Below are positions 46,511-55,520 of a DNA stretch of 64,000 bases, piece after piece. The DNA comes from Candidatus Omnitrophota bacterium (GTDB lineage Bacteria > Omnitrophota > Gorgyraeia > Zapsychrales > Fredricksoniimonadaceae): positions 2,100-66,099 of the forward strand of contig CAIOPG010000007.1 in the NCBI GenBank assembly GCA_903860135.1. The letters run 5' to 3'. The notes under the pieces are model-generated. The model was not told the DNA's origin. It searched no databases and saw only the letters and a list, made by a program, of their open reading frames with translations. Numbering within the stretch: position 1 is the first letter of the stretch; each line of letters opens with the position of its first letter. The position numbers and the translations under genes are program-made.

Positions 46511-47677
46511 ATGCCCAAGACTTCTTCTGTATTGGCGTATGGTCGGCAGTCGATTGATGGAAAGGATATCGCGGCTGTTACGCGTGTCCTTAAGAGCCCT
46601 TTTCTCACCCAAGGCCCTGCGGTTGAGGCCTTCGAGCGTGACCTGTGCGCTTATACCGGGGCAACGTTTTGTGTTGTTGTGGCCAACGGGACAGCGGCAC
46701 TCCATTTGGCCGTGGCGGCGCTTGGTTTGAAGCCAGGGGTTTCAGGTGTGACGTCGCCGGTGACTTTCCTGGCGTCGGCCAATGCCCTGGTTTATAACGG
46801 GGTTTATCCGGTATTTGCGGATGTTGACCCGCAAACGGCTAATATATCTGTTGAGGCACTTGAGAGCAGCCTGCGCCGGGATACTAAGGTCATTATTCCG
46901 GTTCATTTTGCCGGACGCCCGGCGCCGATGAAGGAAATAGCTGCACTGGCCCGGAGGAAAAAGTGCCATGTGATCGAGGATGCGGCCCATGCCATTGGCA
47001 GTCGTTACGCTGACGGCGGGCGTGTGGGCAATGGCGCGTTTTCCGACATGACGATCTTTTCCTTTCATCCGGTCAAAACGATCACGACGGGTGAAGGCGG
47101 TGCGATCATGACCAATGATAAAATGCTCTACGAGCGTTTACGCCGGCTTCGTGCGCATGGCATGACGCGCGATCCTGCCTTGATCAAAAAGAGCCCGGGG
47201 CCATGGTATTACGAGATGCAGGAATTGGGATTTAATTATCGCCTGACAGATATCCAGGCCGCGCTGGGGTCTTCCCAGCTCAAGAAGATCGGTCATTTTA
47301 TCGCCCGGCGGACGCAGATCGTGGCTGCCTACAACAAAGCATTCGCTCATTTATCCTGCCTGCGAACTGTTGCAACAGATGACACGTTATCTGCCTTTCA
47401 TCTTTATGTGGTGCGCCTTGATTTTGCCAGGATCGGCCTGACACGCCGGGAATTTATGGAGAAATTGTCTGCCCTGGGTGTGGGCACGCAAGTGCATTAT
47501 ATCCCGGTCTATCGGCATCCGTATTATCAGAAGAATTTCAAAGTTGCGTTCTCCGGTTTTCCTGAGGCAGAGAGATATTATGAAGAATGTTTATCCTTGC
47601 CTCTTTTCCCGGCCATGACGGACAGGGATGTCAGGAAAGTTGTTATGTCAGTCGGTTCTTTGTTGCCCAAAAGTTAA
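46511..47677 (+). CDS. pseC: UDP-4-amino-4,6-dideoxy-AltNAc aminotransferase
   Basis: YGRQSI, LTQGP, EDAAHA, SFHPVK.ITTGEGG and QVHYIP motifs. Confidence 0.92.
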   Translation: MPKTSSVLAYGRQSIDGKDIAAVTRVLKSPFLTQGPAVEAFERDLCAYTGATFCVVVANGTAALHLAVAALGLKPGVSGVTSPVTFLASANALVYNGVYPVFADVDPQTANISVEALESSLRRDTKVIIPVHFAGRPAPMKEIAALARRKKCHVIEDAAHAIGSRYADGGRVGNGAFSDMTIFSFHPVKTITTGEGGAIMTNDKMLYERLRRLRAHGMTRDPALIKKSPGPWYYEMQELGFNYRLTDIQAALGSSQLKKIGHFIARRTQIVAAYNKAFAHLSCLRTVATDDTLSAFHLYVVRLDFARIGLTRREFMEKLSALGVGTQVHYIPVYRHPYYQKNFKVAFSGFPEAERYYEECLSLPLFPAMTDRDVRKVVMSVGSLLPKS

Positions 47678-47689
47678 TCAGGAAATTTT

Positions 47690-49006
47690 ATGAAGAATAT
47701 TAATTCTCAGGCTTTGCAGAAGAAGGCTAAACAATATATCCCCGGAATGTCTCAATTGTTATCCAAGCGTCCGGATATGTTTTCACTGGGGGTCTGGCCG
47801 GCGTATTACAGCCGGGCCGAAGGTGCCAAGGTCTGGGATGTCGATGGGAATGAATATATTGATATGAGTATCGGCGGTATTGGCGCCAATGTTCTGGGGT
47901 ATGCCGATCCGGATGTCAATGCCGCTGTGATTGAGGCTGTCAGGAATGGGTCAAGTTCTTCCCTGAACTGTCCGGAAGAAGTGGCGCTCGCTGAAGCGTT
48001 GTGCGCGTTGCACCCCTGGGCAGAGATGGCGCGTTTTGCGCGCAGTGGCGGAGAGGCCATGGCGGTTGCGGTGCGGATCGCCCGGGCGCATACCCAGAGG
48101 GATATTGTTGTTATTTGCGGTTATCATGGGTGGCATGATTGGTATCTGGCCGCCAATGTCGGCACCGAGAACGCTTTGGGCGAACATCTTATCCCTGGCC
48201 TTAGCCCGGCGGGAGTACCCCGTGCGCTCAAAGGGACAACGCTGGTTTTTCGTTATAATGACCTCTCCAGCCTGGAGAAAGTTGTCGCAGGGAACAAACA
48301 CAAGATCGCGGCCATTGTCATGGAACCGGTGCGAAGCGTACAGCCGATGCCGGGCTTCCTTGAGGGTGTCAGGCGGTTGGCGGATGAGGAAGGCGCGGTT
48401 TTTATTGTCGACGAGATATCATCGGGCTTTCGCATGAACTGCGGCGGTGCGCATCTGGTTTACGGGATCAAGCCGGATATTGCTGTGTTTTCAAAAGCAT
48501 TGGGCAATGGTTATCCGGTAGCCGCGGTCATCGGGTGTGCGGCGGTGATGGCGTCGGCGCAAAAAAGTTTTATCAGCAGCACGATGTGGACGGAGCGTAT
48601 CGGTCCGGTGGCGGCCCTGGCGACGATCAAGAAATTCAGGGCTCTTGGAGCGCATGAACATCTCATGGCGATGGGGCGTTTGGTCCAGGAAGGCTGGTCA
48701 GCGGCTGGTCAGCGGCAGGGCTTGGCTGTCAAGCCGTCGGGGATATACCCGCTCAGTCATTTTGTTTTTGAAGATGAGGACCATTTGGTCATGAAAGCAT
48801 TTTTTATTCAGGAAATGCTGGCGCAAGGCTTCCTGGCGTCGAACCTTTTTTATTCCATGCTGGCGCACACACGCGAGCATGTTGTTGCCTATCTTGCATC
48901 TGTGGAAGATGTATTTGGCCGCATCAAACAGTTAAAAGATAAGGGCGGGTTGCGTGCTGCGCTCAAAGGGGAACCATCAGCGTCGGGATTCAAACGGATC
49001 ACATGA
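47690..49006 (+). CDS. Class III PLP aminotransferase (GSA-aminomutase-like)
   Basis: WDVDGNEYID, YHGWHDW, DEISSGFR and FSKALGNG motifs. Confidence 0.85.
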   Translation: MKNINSQALQKKAKQYIPGMSQLLSKRPDMFSLGVWPAYYSRAEGAKVWDVDGNEYIDMSIGGIGANVLGYADPDVNAAVIEAVRNGSSSSLNCPEEVALAEALCALHPWAEMARFARSGGEAMAVAVRIARAHTQRDIVVICGYHGWHDWYLAANVGTENALGEHLIPGLSPAGVPRALKGTTLVFRYNDLSSLEKVVAGNKHKIAAIVMEPVRSVQPMPGFLEGVRRLADEEGAVFIVDEISSGFRMNCGGAHLVYGIKPDIAVFSKALGNGYPVAAVIGCAAVMASAQKSFISSTMWTERIGPVAALATIKKFRALGAHEHLMAMGRLVQEGWSAAGQRQGLAVKPSGIYPLSHFVFEDEDHLVMKAFFIQEMLAQGFLASNLFYSMLAHTREHVVAYLASVEDVFGRIKQLKDKGGLRAALKGEPSASGFKRIT

Positions 49007-49890
49007 ACCACCACCGGCTTGTCCTGGGGACTGTCCAGCTGGGCATGCCCTACGGCATTAACAATATGTCAGGGAAGCCTGATTTTGACAGCGCGGTGAA
49101 TATCGTGAGGGCGGCTTTCGATCGTGGCATCGCGCGTTTTGATACGGCGCAGGCGTATGGAGACAGTGAAGAGGTTTTAGGGCGTATTTTTGACAAACTG
49201 GGCATCGGGGCGCAGGTCAAAGTTTACAGCAAGTTGCACCCGGGGCTTGACGGGTGCGATGAAGAGGCGGTATTAAGGTCGGTCGATGCTTCTTTGAAAA
49301 GGCTTAAGGTGGACTGCCTTGAGGGGTTGTTGTTGCATCATGAAGATATGGTGCAGGCCTGGGATAAGGGGTTGAAGCGTGCATTTAGGGCTTTGGTCAT
49401 TCAAGGTAAGGTGAAGGCGGCAGGGGCTTCTTTTTATACGCCAGGGAAGTGTTTTGAGGCCATGGATATGGAGGGGCTAGACCTCTTCCAGGTTCCGTCA
49501 AATATTTTTGATCACAGGTTTGAGGGGGCGGGTCTGTTTGAGAAAGCGCGGGAACGTGGTAAAGCTGTTTTTGTGCGGAGCGTCTTTCTTCAAGGCCTTT
49601 TGTTGATGCCGCTGGATCGTGTGCCGTCGTCGTTGCAACATGCTTTGCCTTATCTCAAGCGATTGGAACAGGCGGCGCTGGATATGCGGTTGAGCCGTCA
49701 GGCCTTGTCATTGCGATATGCGGCACAACGATGGCCGTCTGCGTATGTTTTATTCGGCGCGGAGAGCCCGGCTCAGGTGATCGCCAATGCCGAGGCCTTT
49801 TCCGTGAAGGCAGGGTTGAGGATGGATGAGGGCTTATTTAAGGATGTGCCGGAGAATATTTTAAACCCGGTGCTTTGGTCAAAAACATGA
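49003..49890 (+). CDS. Aldo/keto reductase
   Basis: LGTVQLG..YG, DTAQAYG.SE, SK, LLH and RSVFLQG motifs. Confidence 0.85.
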   Translation: MNHHRLVLGTVQLGMPYGINNMSGKPDFDSAVNIVRAAFDRGIARFDTAQAYGDSEEVLGRIFDKLGIGAQVKVYSKLHPGLDGCDEEAVLRSVDASLKRLKVDCLEGLLLHHEDMVQAWDKGLKRAFRALVIQGKVKAAGASFYTPGKCFEAMDMEGLDLFQVPSNIFDHRFEGAGLFEKARERGKAVFVRSVFLQGLLLMPLDRVPSSLQHALPYLKRLEQAALDMRLSRQALSLRYAAQRWPSAYVLFGAESPAQVIANAEAFSVKAGLRMDEGLFKDVPENILNPVLWSKT

Positions 49891-50651
49891 AGAAAGCTTC
49901 TGTGATCATCCAGGCGCGCATGGGGTCATCGCGCCTCCCGAATAAAGTGCTTATGCCGTTGGCCGGCAAGCCCGTGCTTGAGCATGTGATACGCCGTTGT
50001 CAGCAAGCCAGGCTGGTGGGCCGGGTCATTGTCGCGACGACCGTTGAAGCCAAGGATTTGCCTGTTGTTAATTTTGTGAGCGGTTTGGGCGTTAGTGTTT
50101 TTTGCGGCGCGGTTAATGATGTTCTCGACCGTTATTATCAGGCGGCAAGGCTTTTTGATTTGCAGCACATTGTCCGTATTACGGCGGATTGCCCCATGCT
50201 TGATCCAGAAGTGATCGACCGGGTGATCGTGGCATATTTTCAGGAGAAGGCCGACTACACCAGCAATACACTTGAGCCAGCCACGTATCCGGATGGTGAA
50301 GATGTTGAAGTTTTTTCTTTTGAGGCCCTGTCCCGCGCCTGGACAGAGGCTGTTCTTTTATCCGAGCGAGAGCATGTTACACCGTATATTAGAAAAAATG
50401 ATTCTTTCAGCAAGACCCGCGTGTTTCATGAAAAAGATATCAGTCATTTGCGTTGGACGCTCGATGAGACCCGGGATTATGAGAAACTGTCGGCTATCTT
50501 TGATGGGTTATACGTTGAGGATAATTTCTTTCACATGAAAGACGCGTTGAGGTTTCTGGCTGCTCATGCTGATATCGACGCGGTTAACGCTGCTATCGGG
50601 CGCAATGAGGGGTATCAGAAATCTTTGGCGAATGACGGGAAGGCTGTTTGA
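49887..50651 (+). CDS. spsF: SpsF-family cytidylyltransferase
   Basis: IQARMGSSRLPNKV, DVLDRY, RITADCP, REHVT and RWTLD motifs. Confidence 0.85.
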   Translation: MKKASVIIQARMGSSRLPNKVLMPLAGKPVLEHVIRRCQQARLVGRVIVATTVEAKDLPVVNFVSGLGVSVFCGAVNDVLDRYYQAARLFDLQHIVRITADCPMLDPEVIDRVIVAYFQEKADYTSNTLEPATYPDGEDVEVFSFEALSRAWTEAVLLSEREHVTPYIRKNDSFSKTRVFHEKDISHLRWTLDETRDYEKLSAIFDGLYVEDNFFHMKDALRFLAAHADIDAVNAAIGRNEGYQKSLANDGKAV

Positions 50652-50652
50652 T

Positions 50653-51423
50653 ATGCCCAGGATCGGGCTTAAGTTATGGTCGACAAATTTAAACTATATT
50701 CCGCCTGCTCAAATTCTTTTTGCCAGGGAAGTTTTCGATTATATTGAACTTTTTGTGGTGCCCGGTTCTCTGGGAACCCTGACTCGCTGGCAGGCGCTGG
50801 ATATCCCGTACGTATTGCATGCTCCCCACAGTACGGCGGGGCTGAATCCGGCAGATTCCTCGCGACGGCAAGAACATATTGGGCTGGTAGGTGAGGTTAA
50901 TGCGTATGCCCTGAGCTTATCGCCGGAAAAGATTATTTTCCATCCGGGTATCAATGGCGACTGGCAGGAATCAATTTCTCAATTTAAGGTGTGGCGCAAG
51001 GAGTTTCCCTGTATGTTTGATGCTGTTGTGATCGAGAATAAACCAAGGATCGGACTGAAGGGTGAGCACTGCCTCGGGGCTTCGGTGACAGAGATGAGCG
51101 AGATCCTTAAGGCGGCAGGTTGCGGGTTTTGCCTGGACTTCGGGCATGCGATCTGTACGGCTGTGGCTGACGGCCTTGATTGGAAAGCAGTGGTGCGGGA
51201 TTTCATGACCTTAAAGCCGGTCATGTATCATTTGTGTGACGGGCCATTGTCAAGTAAGGATGCGCATGAGCATTTTGGCCGCGGCGCTTTCGATCTTGAT
51301 TTCCTTGTTAGCTGCATCGAGCCAGGACGGATGGTGACACTCGAAACAAAGAAAGATTTTGATGTTTCACTGGATGATTTTGCCGAGGATGTGGAGGCCT
51401 TCAAGCGTTATGCCAGTCATTAA
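50653..51423 (+). CDS. AP-endonuclease-2/xylose-isomerase-like metal TIM-barrel protein
   Basis: LHAPH, FHPG, IENKP, LDFGHA, HLCDG, DAH and TLET metal-ligand pattern. Confidence 0.75.
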   Translation: MPRIGLKLWSTNLNYIPPAQILFAREVFDYIELFVVPGSLGTLTRWQALDIPYVLHAPHSTAGLNPADSSRRQEHIGLVGEVNAYALSLSPEKIIFHPGINGDWQESISQFKVWRKEFPCMFDAVVIENKPRIGLKGEHCLGASVTEMSEILKAAGCGFCLDFGHAICTAVADGLDWKAVVRDFMTLKPVMYHLCDGPLSSKDAHEHFGRGAFDLDFLVSCIEPGRMVTLETKKDFDVSLDDFAEDVEAFKRYASH

Positions 51424-52951
51424 TATTGCCGGACGCCTTATCGGCGAAGGGCAGCCATGTTATATCATCGCAGAAATGTCGGCCAATCACGGCGGAAGCT
51501 TGGATAAGGCGATGCAAATCGTGCGGGCGGCCAAAGCGGCGGGGGCCGATGCGATCAAGCTGCAGACATATACACCTGATACCATGACGTTGAATTGCGA
51601 CAGTGATTGTTTTCGTATTCACGAAGGCTCTCTTTGGGAAGGAAAAACACTTTATCAGCTTTATGCCGAGGCCATGACGCCATGGGAATGGCACAGGCCG
51701 TTAAAAGAAGAGGCAGAAAAGATCGGGCTGCATTTCTTTTCCACACCCTTTGATGAAACGTCTGTCAATTTTCTTGAAGAGCTCGGAGTACCTGCCTATA
51801 AAATTGCGTCTTTTGAGTTGACCGACGACCTTTTGTTGCGCAGGGTGGCAAGGACGGGGAAGCCTGTTATTATGTCAACGGGCATGTCGACCATGGAAGA
51901 GATCGCCAGGGCTTTGAGCGTTCTCAGGTCATCGGGAGCGCGTGAGATCGCTCTTTTAAAATGTGTCAGTGCTTATCCGGCCCCTTTGCATGAAATGAAT
52001 TTATCGGCGATCACGAGATTGCGGGAGAGTTTCGGCGTTGTTGTCGGGCTTTCAGACCACACGCTGGGAGATGTTTCTTCCCTTGTTTCTGTTGGCCTCG
52101 GAGCTGCTGTCTTCGAGAAACACTTGCGGCTAGATGACGGTGAGAGTACGCCTGACGCTGTCTTTTCAATGACCCCTTTGCAGCTGGAGCAGCTGGTGGT
52201 TAAGATGCGGGACGCTGAGGCGGCCATGGGCGTAGGTTTTATTGGCAGGACCGATAATGAAAGAGCTAATCTGCGGTTCCGTCGCTCGATCTTTGTGAGT
52301 TGTAACATCAAGCAGGGGGCTGTCTTCTCCAGGGAGAACATTCAGCTTGTTCGTCCCGGCTTTGGGCTTCCTTCGTATTGTTGGGATAAAATAATAGGAC
52401 AAAAAGCCGCGCATGATCTCTCTCAGGGACAGCCATTAGGCCGGCAGGATGTGGTATTCCCATCGGAGACAGTGCGACCTGAATTCCAGGTCCGTATGGT
52501 TCGGCCGGAGGATGCGCGCGTGCTTTGGGAGTGGAGGAATTTGCGTGATGTGCGGGAAGTCTCTATCGGCCAGGAGGAGATTTCCTGGGAGCAGCATGTG
52601 CATTGGTTGGATGAAAAGCTTAAAGACCCGCAAACTATCTTTTATATGATCGAGGTCGCAGGACAAGTGGCGGGACAGGTTCGTTTTGCGATTAAAGATT
52701 TTACGGCACAGGTCAGTATTGTATTGGCGCCATCATATCGCGCTTGCGGGCTTGGCAGTGCGGCATTGCAACAGCTGTCGCAAGCGTTGTTTTTGAATAA
52801 GTGGGCGGATGTTGTTGAGGCCCTGATCCGGCAGGAGAATACGGCTTCTTTATCTGCTTTTGTAAAAGCGGGGTTTATTTTTGAAACAGCAATAACGGTA
52901 TCAGGTGTGGATTGTTTTTTGTATAAAATGAAGAAAACAAGTTCTTCATGA
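51410..52951 (+). CDS. pseI: Pseudaminic acid synthase fused to a C-terminal GNAT (PseH-like) domain
   Basis: AEMSANHGG, KLQTY, KIASFE, SDHT and RRS plus SAF domain, then WEWRN...H..W...GQVRF...GLGS...N.AS..AF..AGF. Confidence 0.9.
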   Translation: MPVINIAGRLIGEGQPCYIIAEMSANHGGSLDKAMQIVRAAKAAGADAIKLQTYTPDTMTLNCDSDCFRIHEGSLWEGKTLYQLYAEAMTPWEWHRPLKEEAEKIGLHFFSTPFDETSVNFLEELGVPAYKIASFELTDDLLLRRVARTGKPVIMSTGMSTMEEIARALSVLRSSGAREIALLKCVSAYPAPLHEMNLSAITRLRESFGVVVGLSDHTLGDVSSLVSVGLGAAVFEKHLRLDDGESTPDAVFSMTPLQLEQLVVKMRDAEAAMGVGFIGRTDNERANLRFRRSIFVSCNIKQGAVFSRENIQLVRPGFGLPSYCWDKIIGQKAAHDLSQGQPLGRQDVVFPSETVRPEFQVRMVRPEDARVLWEWRNLRDVREVSIGQEEISWEQHVHWLDEKLKDPQTIFYMIEVAGQVAGQVRFAIKDFTAQVSIVLAPSYRACGLGSAALQQLSQALFLNKWADVVEALIRQENTASLSAFVKAGFIFETAITVSGVDCFLYKMKKTSSS

Positions 52952-54780
52952 AGCATAAAACTATTCTTGTCCCAGAAATTCATCTCTTTAACTGGATCAT
53001 CTTTTATTGTTTATCCCATGCGATGCGTGTGGTGACTTGCCGTGTTTCTCCGGTGTTGAAACCGTTGCCTTTGGGGCGGATTGAGTTTGTAGACTGGGAA
53101 AAGTATGTGGGGTGGGAAGAAAAAAATATTCTCTTTGATCGTGCCGTTGATCTGCTGGCACAGCTGGGGCTTTACGAGGAAAAACCGGATAGCGCGATGA
53201 TCCTTGGGCGAAAGGTTGATTTGAAGGCGATGCTGCTGCAGCGCCGGAGCCAGGCTTTGACTGTGATCGTTTTTGGTGATGCGGGCCGCTCTGCGGGCTT
53301 GGTATTTATTGATGATGCCTTGACAGCGATGATCCGGCGTCAGTTGTACGGGTGCTGTCGGGTTGGGTTTTGGGCAACATTGAACATTGCACTTCAGTAT
53401 ATTAATTTCTTGGTTGAGAATATTTTGTTTTTTGGCAGAGGGGCAATCTGTTTATGGCGTGGTGTGATGTGTCTGGATCGGCGCTCTTTGAAGGTTGCAT
53501 ATGTTTATGATGGCGTTTCTCCACGGGAGCTTTCTGCGGATTCGAAAGATATAAGTTTTTCCTGGATTATTGATGGCGAGAAGATCAGGCGTGAGGATGT
53601 CTTTTTTATTTTACCTCGACCGGATTTTCAGATGCGTGGTCAGGCGTATGTTCCGTGTTCAGAAGATGGGTTTCGGGCGGCGTATCATGCCGAGACTTTT
53701 CATTATTTTTCAACCGAGGCTTTGTGGGCGGGTTTTCAGATGTTGGGGGGTGTCTTCCTGCGTGCCTGCTTTTCCTTGCGTCTCATGGATATTATCAGAG
53801 TTCGCGTCATGTTGGAGATGGTGCCGGGTATTGTCCTTTGCCGTTCCTTGCGGCCCAAAGTGTATATCATGACGTCGAGTGTCTGCGGGGGGGAGCCGGC
53901 GCACATCCCTTACTTGAATGCCGAGGGTGTCAGGACCGTCATATGGTCTTATGGGACGAATAGTTATTTGTTTCAGAAGAACGGGGGGGAAGAATGCCGT
54001 TTCCGTTTGACTGTCTTTGCGTATATTGCCTCTAATTTCTTTATTGTATGGAATGAGCATTATGCGCAATATGTGCGTGAGCATCCGCAGTTGTCGGTTG
54101 ATATTCGTGTTATCGGGCCATTAATGAGTGGCGATGAGTCGATTGTTCAGATGGGGCGGGAAGCGGTGTTTACGTCTGCTGGGATTTCTTATGATCCGCG
54201 GAAGAAATATATCGGGGTGTTTGATTGTCCGTTGCCTGTGGCACAATTTCGACGCCGGGGATCATGGTTTCCTGAAGCGGTGGATGATGAGTATAATCAT
54301 GCCTTGCTTGCTGATGTGTATAAGATCGTTAAAGATTCTGAAAATCTGGTGCTTGTCTATAAGCCCAAGCGCAGTTTGGCCAGCGGCAAGTTCTCGTATG
54401 CAAAAGAGATGCTTGAGATATTCGAGCAAATGAGGAATGATCCGAGTGTGATCATGCTGGATTATAATATCAACCCCTGGGTGCCGGTGGCCTTGGTTGA
54501 TGTGGCGATCAGCGCCCCGTTTGAGTCGCCGAATATCGCCGTTATGCATTATGGCAAGGAAAGTTTTTTTTATGATCCTTTTGGCATCGTCAACATTCAC
54601 AGGTATAATGATTCTTTAACGCTTATTTTAAAGGGTCGTAATGAGTTAAGAGAACGGATTCAAGCGTTGTTTGCTGATCAGGGCAAACAGGATATGCATC
54701 CAGCGTATGCATTACTGCAAGGGAGAAATCCGTGCTTGAATTCTTCAGGGATCTTCAGAGAATTCCTGCAGTCGTTATAA
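52948..54780 (+). CDS. Polysaccharide biosynthesis protein (PFTS-motif-like), candidate transferase
   Basis: 610 aa. C-terminal YKPKR and ISAPFESP...FYDP resemble the 'PFTS motif' family. Coupled to pseI. Confidence 0.5.
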   Translation: MKHKTILVPEIHLFNWIIFYCLSHAMRVVTCRVSPVLKPLPLGRIEFVDWEKYVGWEEKNILFDRAVDLLAQLGLYEEKPDSAMILGRKVDLKAMLLQRRSQALTVIVFGDAGRSAGLVFIDDALTAMIRRQLYGCCRVGFWATLNIALQYINFLVENILFFGRGAICLWRGVMCLDRRSLKVAYVYDGVSPRELSADSKDISFSWIIDGEKIRREDVFFILPRPDFQMRGQAYVPCSEDGFRAAYHAETFHYFSTEALWAGFQMLGGVFLRACFSLRLMDIIRVRVMLEMVPGIVLCRSLRPKVYIMTSSVCGGEPAHIPYLNAEGVRTVIWSYGTNSYLFQKNGGEECRFRLTVFAYIASNFFIVWNEHYAQYVREHPQLSVDIRVIGPLMSGDESIVQMGREAVFTSAGISYDPRKKYIGVFDCPLPVAQFRRRGSWFPEAVDDEYNHALLADVYKIVKDSENLVLVYKPKRSLASGKFSYAKEMLEIFEQMRNDPSVIMLDYNINPWVPVALVDVAISAPFESPNIAVMHYGKESFFYDPFGIVNIHRYNDSLTLILKGRNELRERIQALFADQGKQDMHPAYALLQGRNPCLNSSGIFREFLQSL

Positions 54781-54796
54781 TCGGGAGGGATGGCGT

Positions 54797-55507
54797 ATGC
54801 ATGTTGGTGACGGAATTAATAAAGGACGTGCTAATTGGGACTTTGGCGGAGATGTCGCGGATAATTTTGTGCCGCATGTGCGCAAGTCAGTGCCTTTATA
54901 TGATGAAGGGCATGAGCTTATTTGTCAGTTGAGTGATTTCTTCTGTCAAAAGGACAGTGTGTGTTATGAACTCGGTGCGTCCACCGGGCAGTTGATCGGA
55001 AAACTGGCACAGCATAACGCCCAAAAGCCGCAGATCCGCTGGATAGGTCTTGATCTTGAGGCCAATATGATCGATAAGGCCAGAGTCTACTGCAAGGATA
55101 TCCCGAATGTCGAGTTTATGGTGGATGATATTCTTACCTGTGACATGGAGAAGGCTGATTTTATTGTGGCGTATTATTGCGTGCAGTTTATTTCTGAACG
55201 GCACCGTCAGGAGCTTTTTAACAAGATATATGAACGTCTTAATTGGGGGGGGGCTTTTGTGTTATTCGAGAAGGTGAGGGCTCCGGACGCGCGGTTTCAG
55301 GATATGATGACAGGGCTTTACACCGATTTCAAAATACGCAATGGCTTTTCGCCCGAAGAGATTCTCGGGAAGGCGCAAAGTTTAAAAGGTGTTCTCGATC
55401 CGTTTTCAACAGACGGGAATCTGGGGCTTCTAAAGCGTGCGGGCTTTGTGGATGTGATGACGGTGATGAAGTATGTATGCTTTGAAGGTTTCTTGGCTAT
55501 AAAATAA
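54797..55507 (+). CDS. CmoA-like SAM-dependent methyltransferase
   Basis: WDFG..VA..F..HVRKSVPLY, ELGASTG, QF, GGAFVLFEK and DFK..NGFS motifs. Confidence 0.8.
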   Translation: MHVGDGINKGRANWDFGGDVADNFVPHVRKSVPLYDEGHELICQLSDFFCQKDSVCYELGASTGQLIGKLAQHNAQKPQIRWIGLDLEANMIDKARVYCKDIPNVEFMVDDILTCDMEKADFIVAYYCVQFISERHRQELFNKIYERLNWGGAFVLFEKVRAPDARFQDMMTGLYTDFKIRNGFSPEEILGKAQSLKGVLDPFSTDGNLGLLKRAGFVDVMTVMKYVCFEGFLAIK

Positions 55508-55520
55508 CAAAGGGCTGGGC

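Noticed and set aside
45526-46608. 360-aa minus-strand ORF
   Set aside because: Antisense shadow of the clearly conserved pseB. No motifs of its own.
47690-49006. hemL (tetrapyrrole synthesis)
   Set aside because: YHGWHDW-type sequence and pse-locus context indicate a glycan-associated paralogue. No other hem genes nearby.
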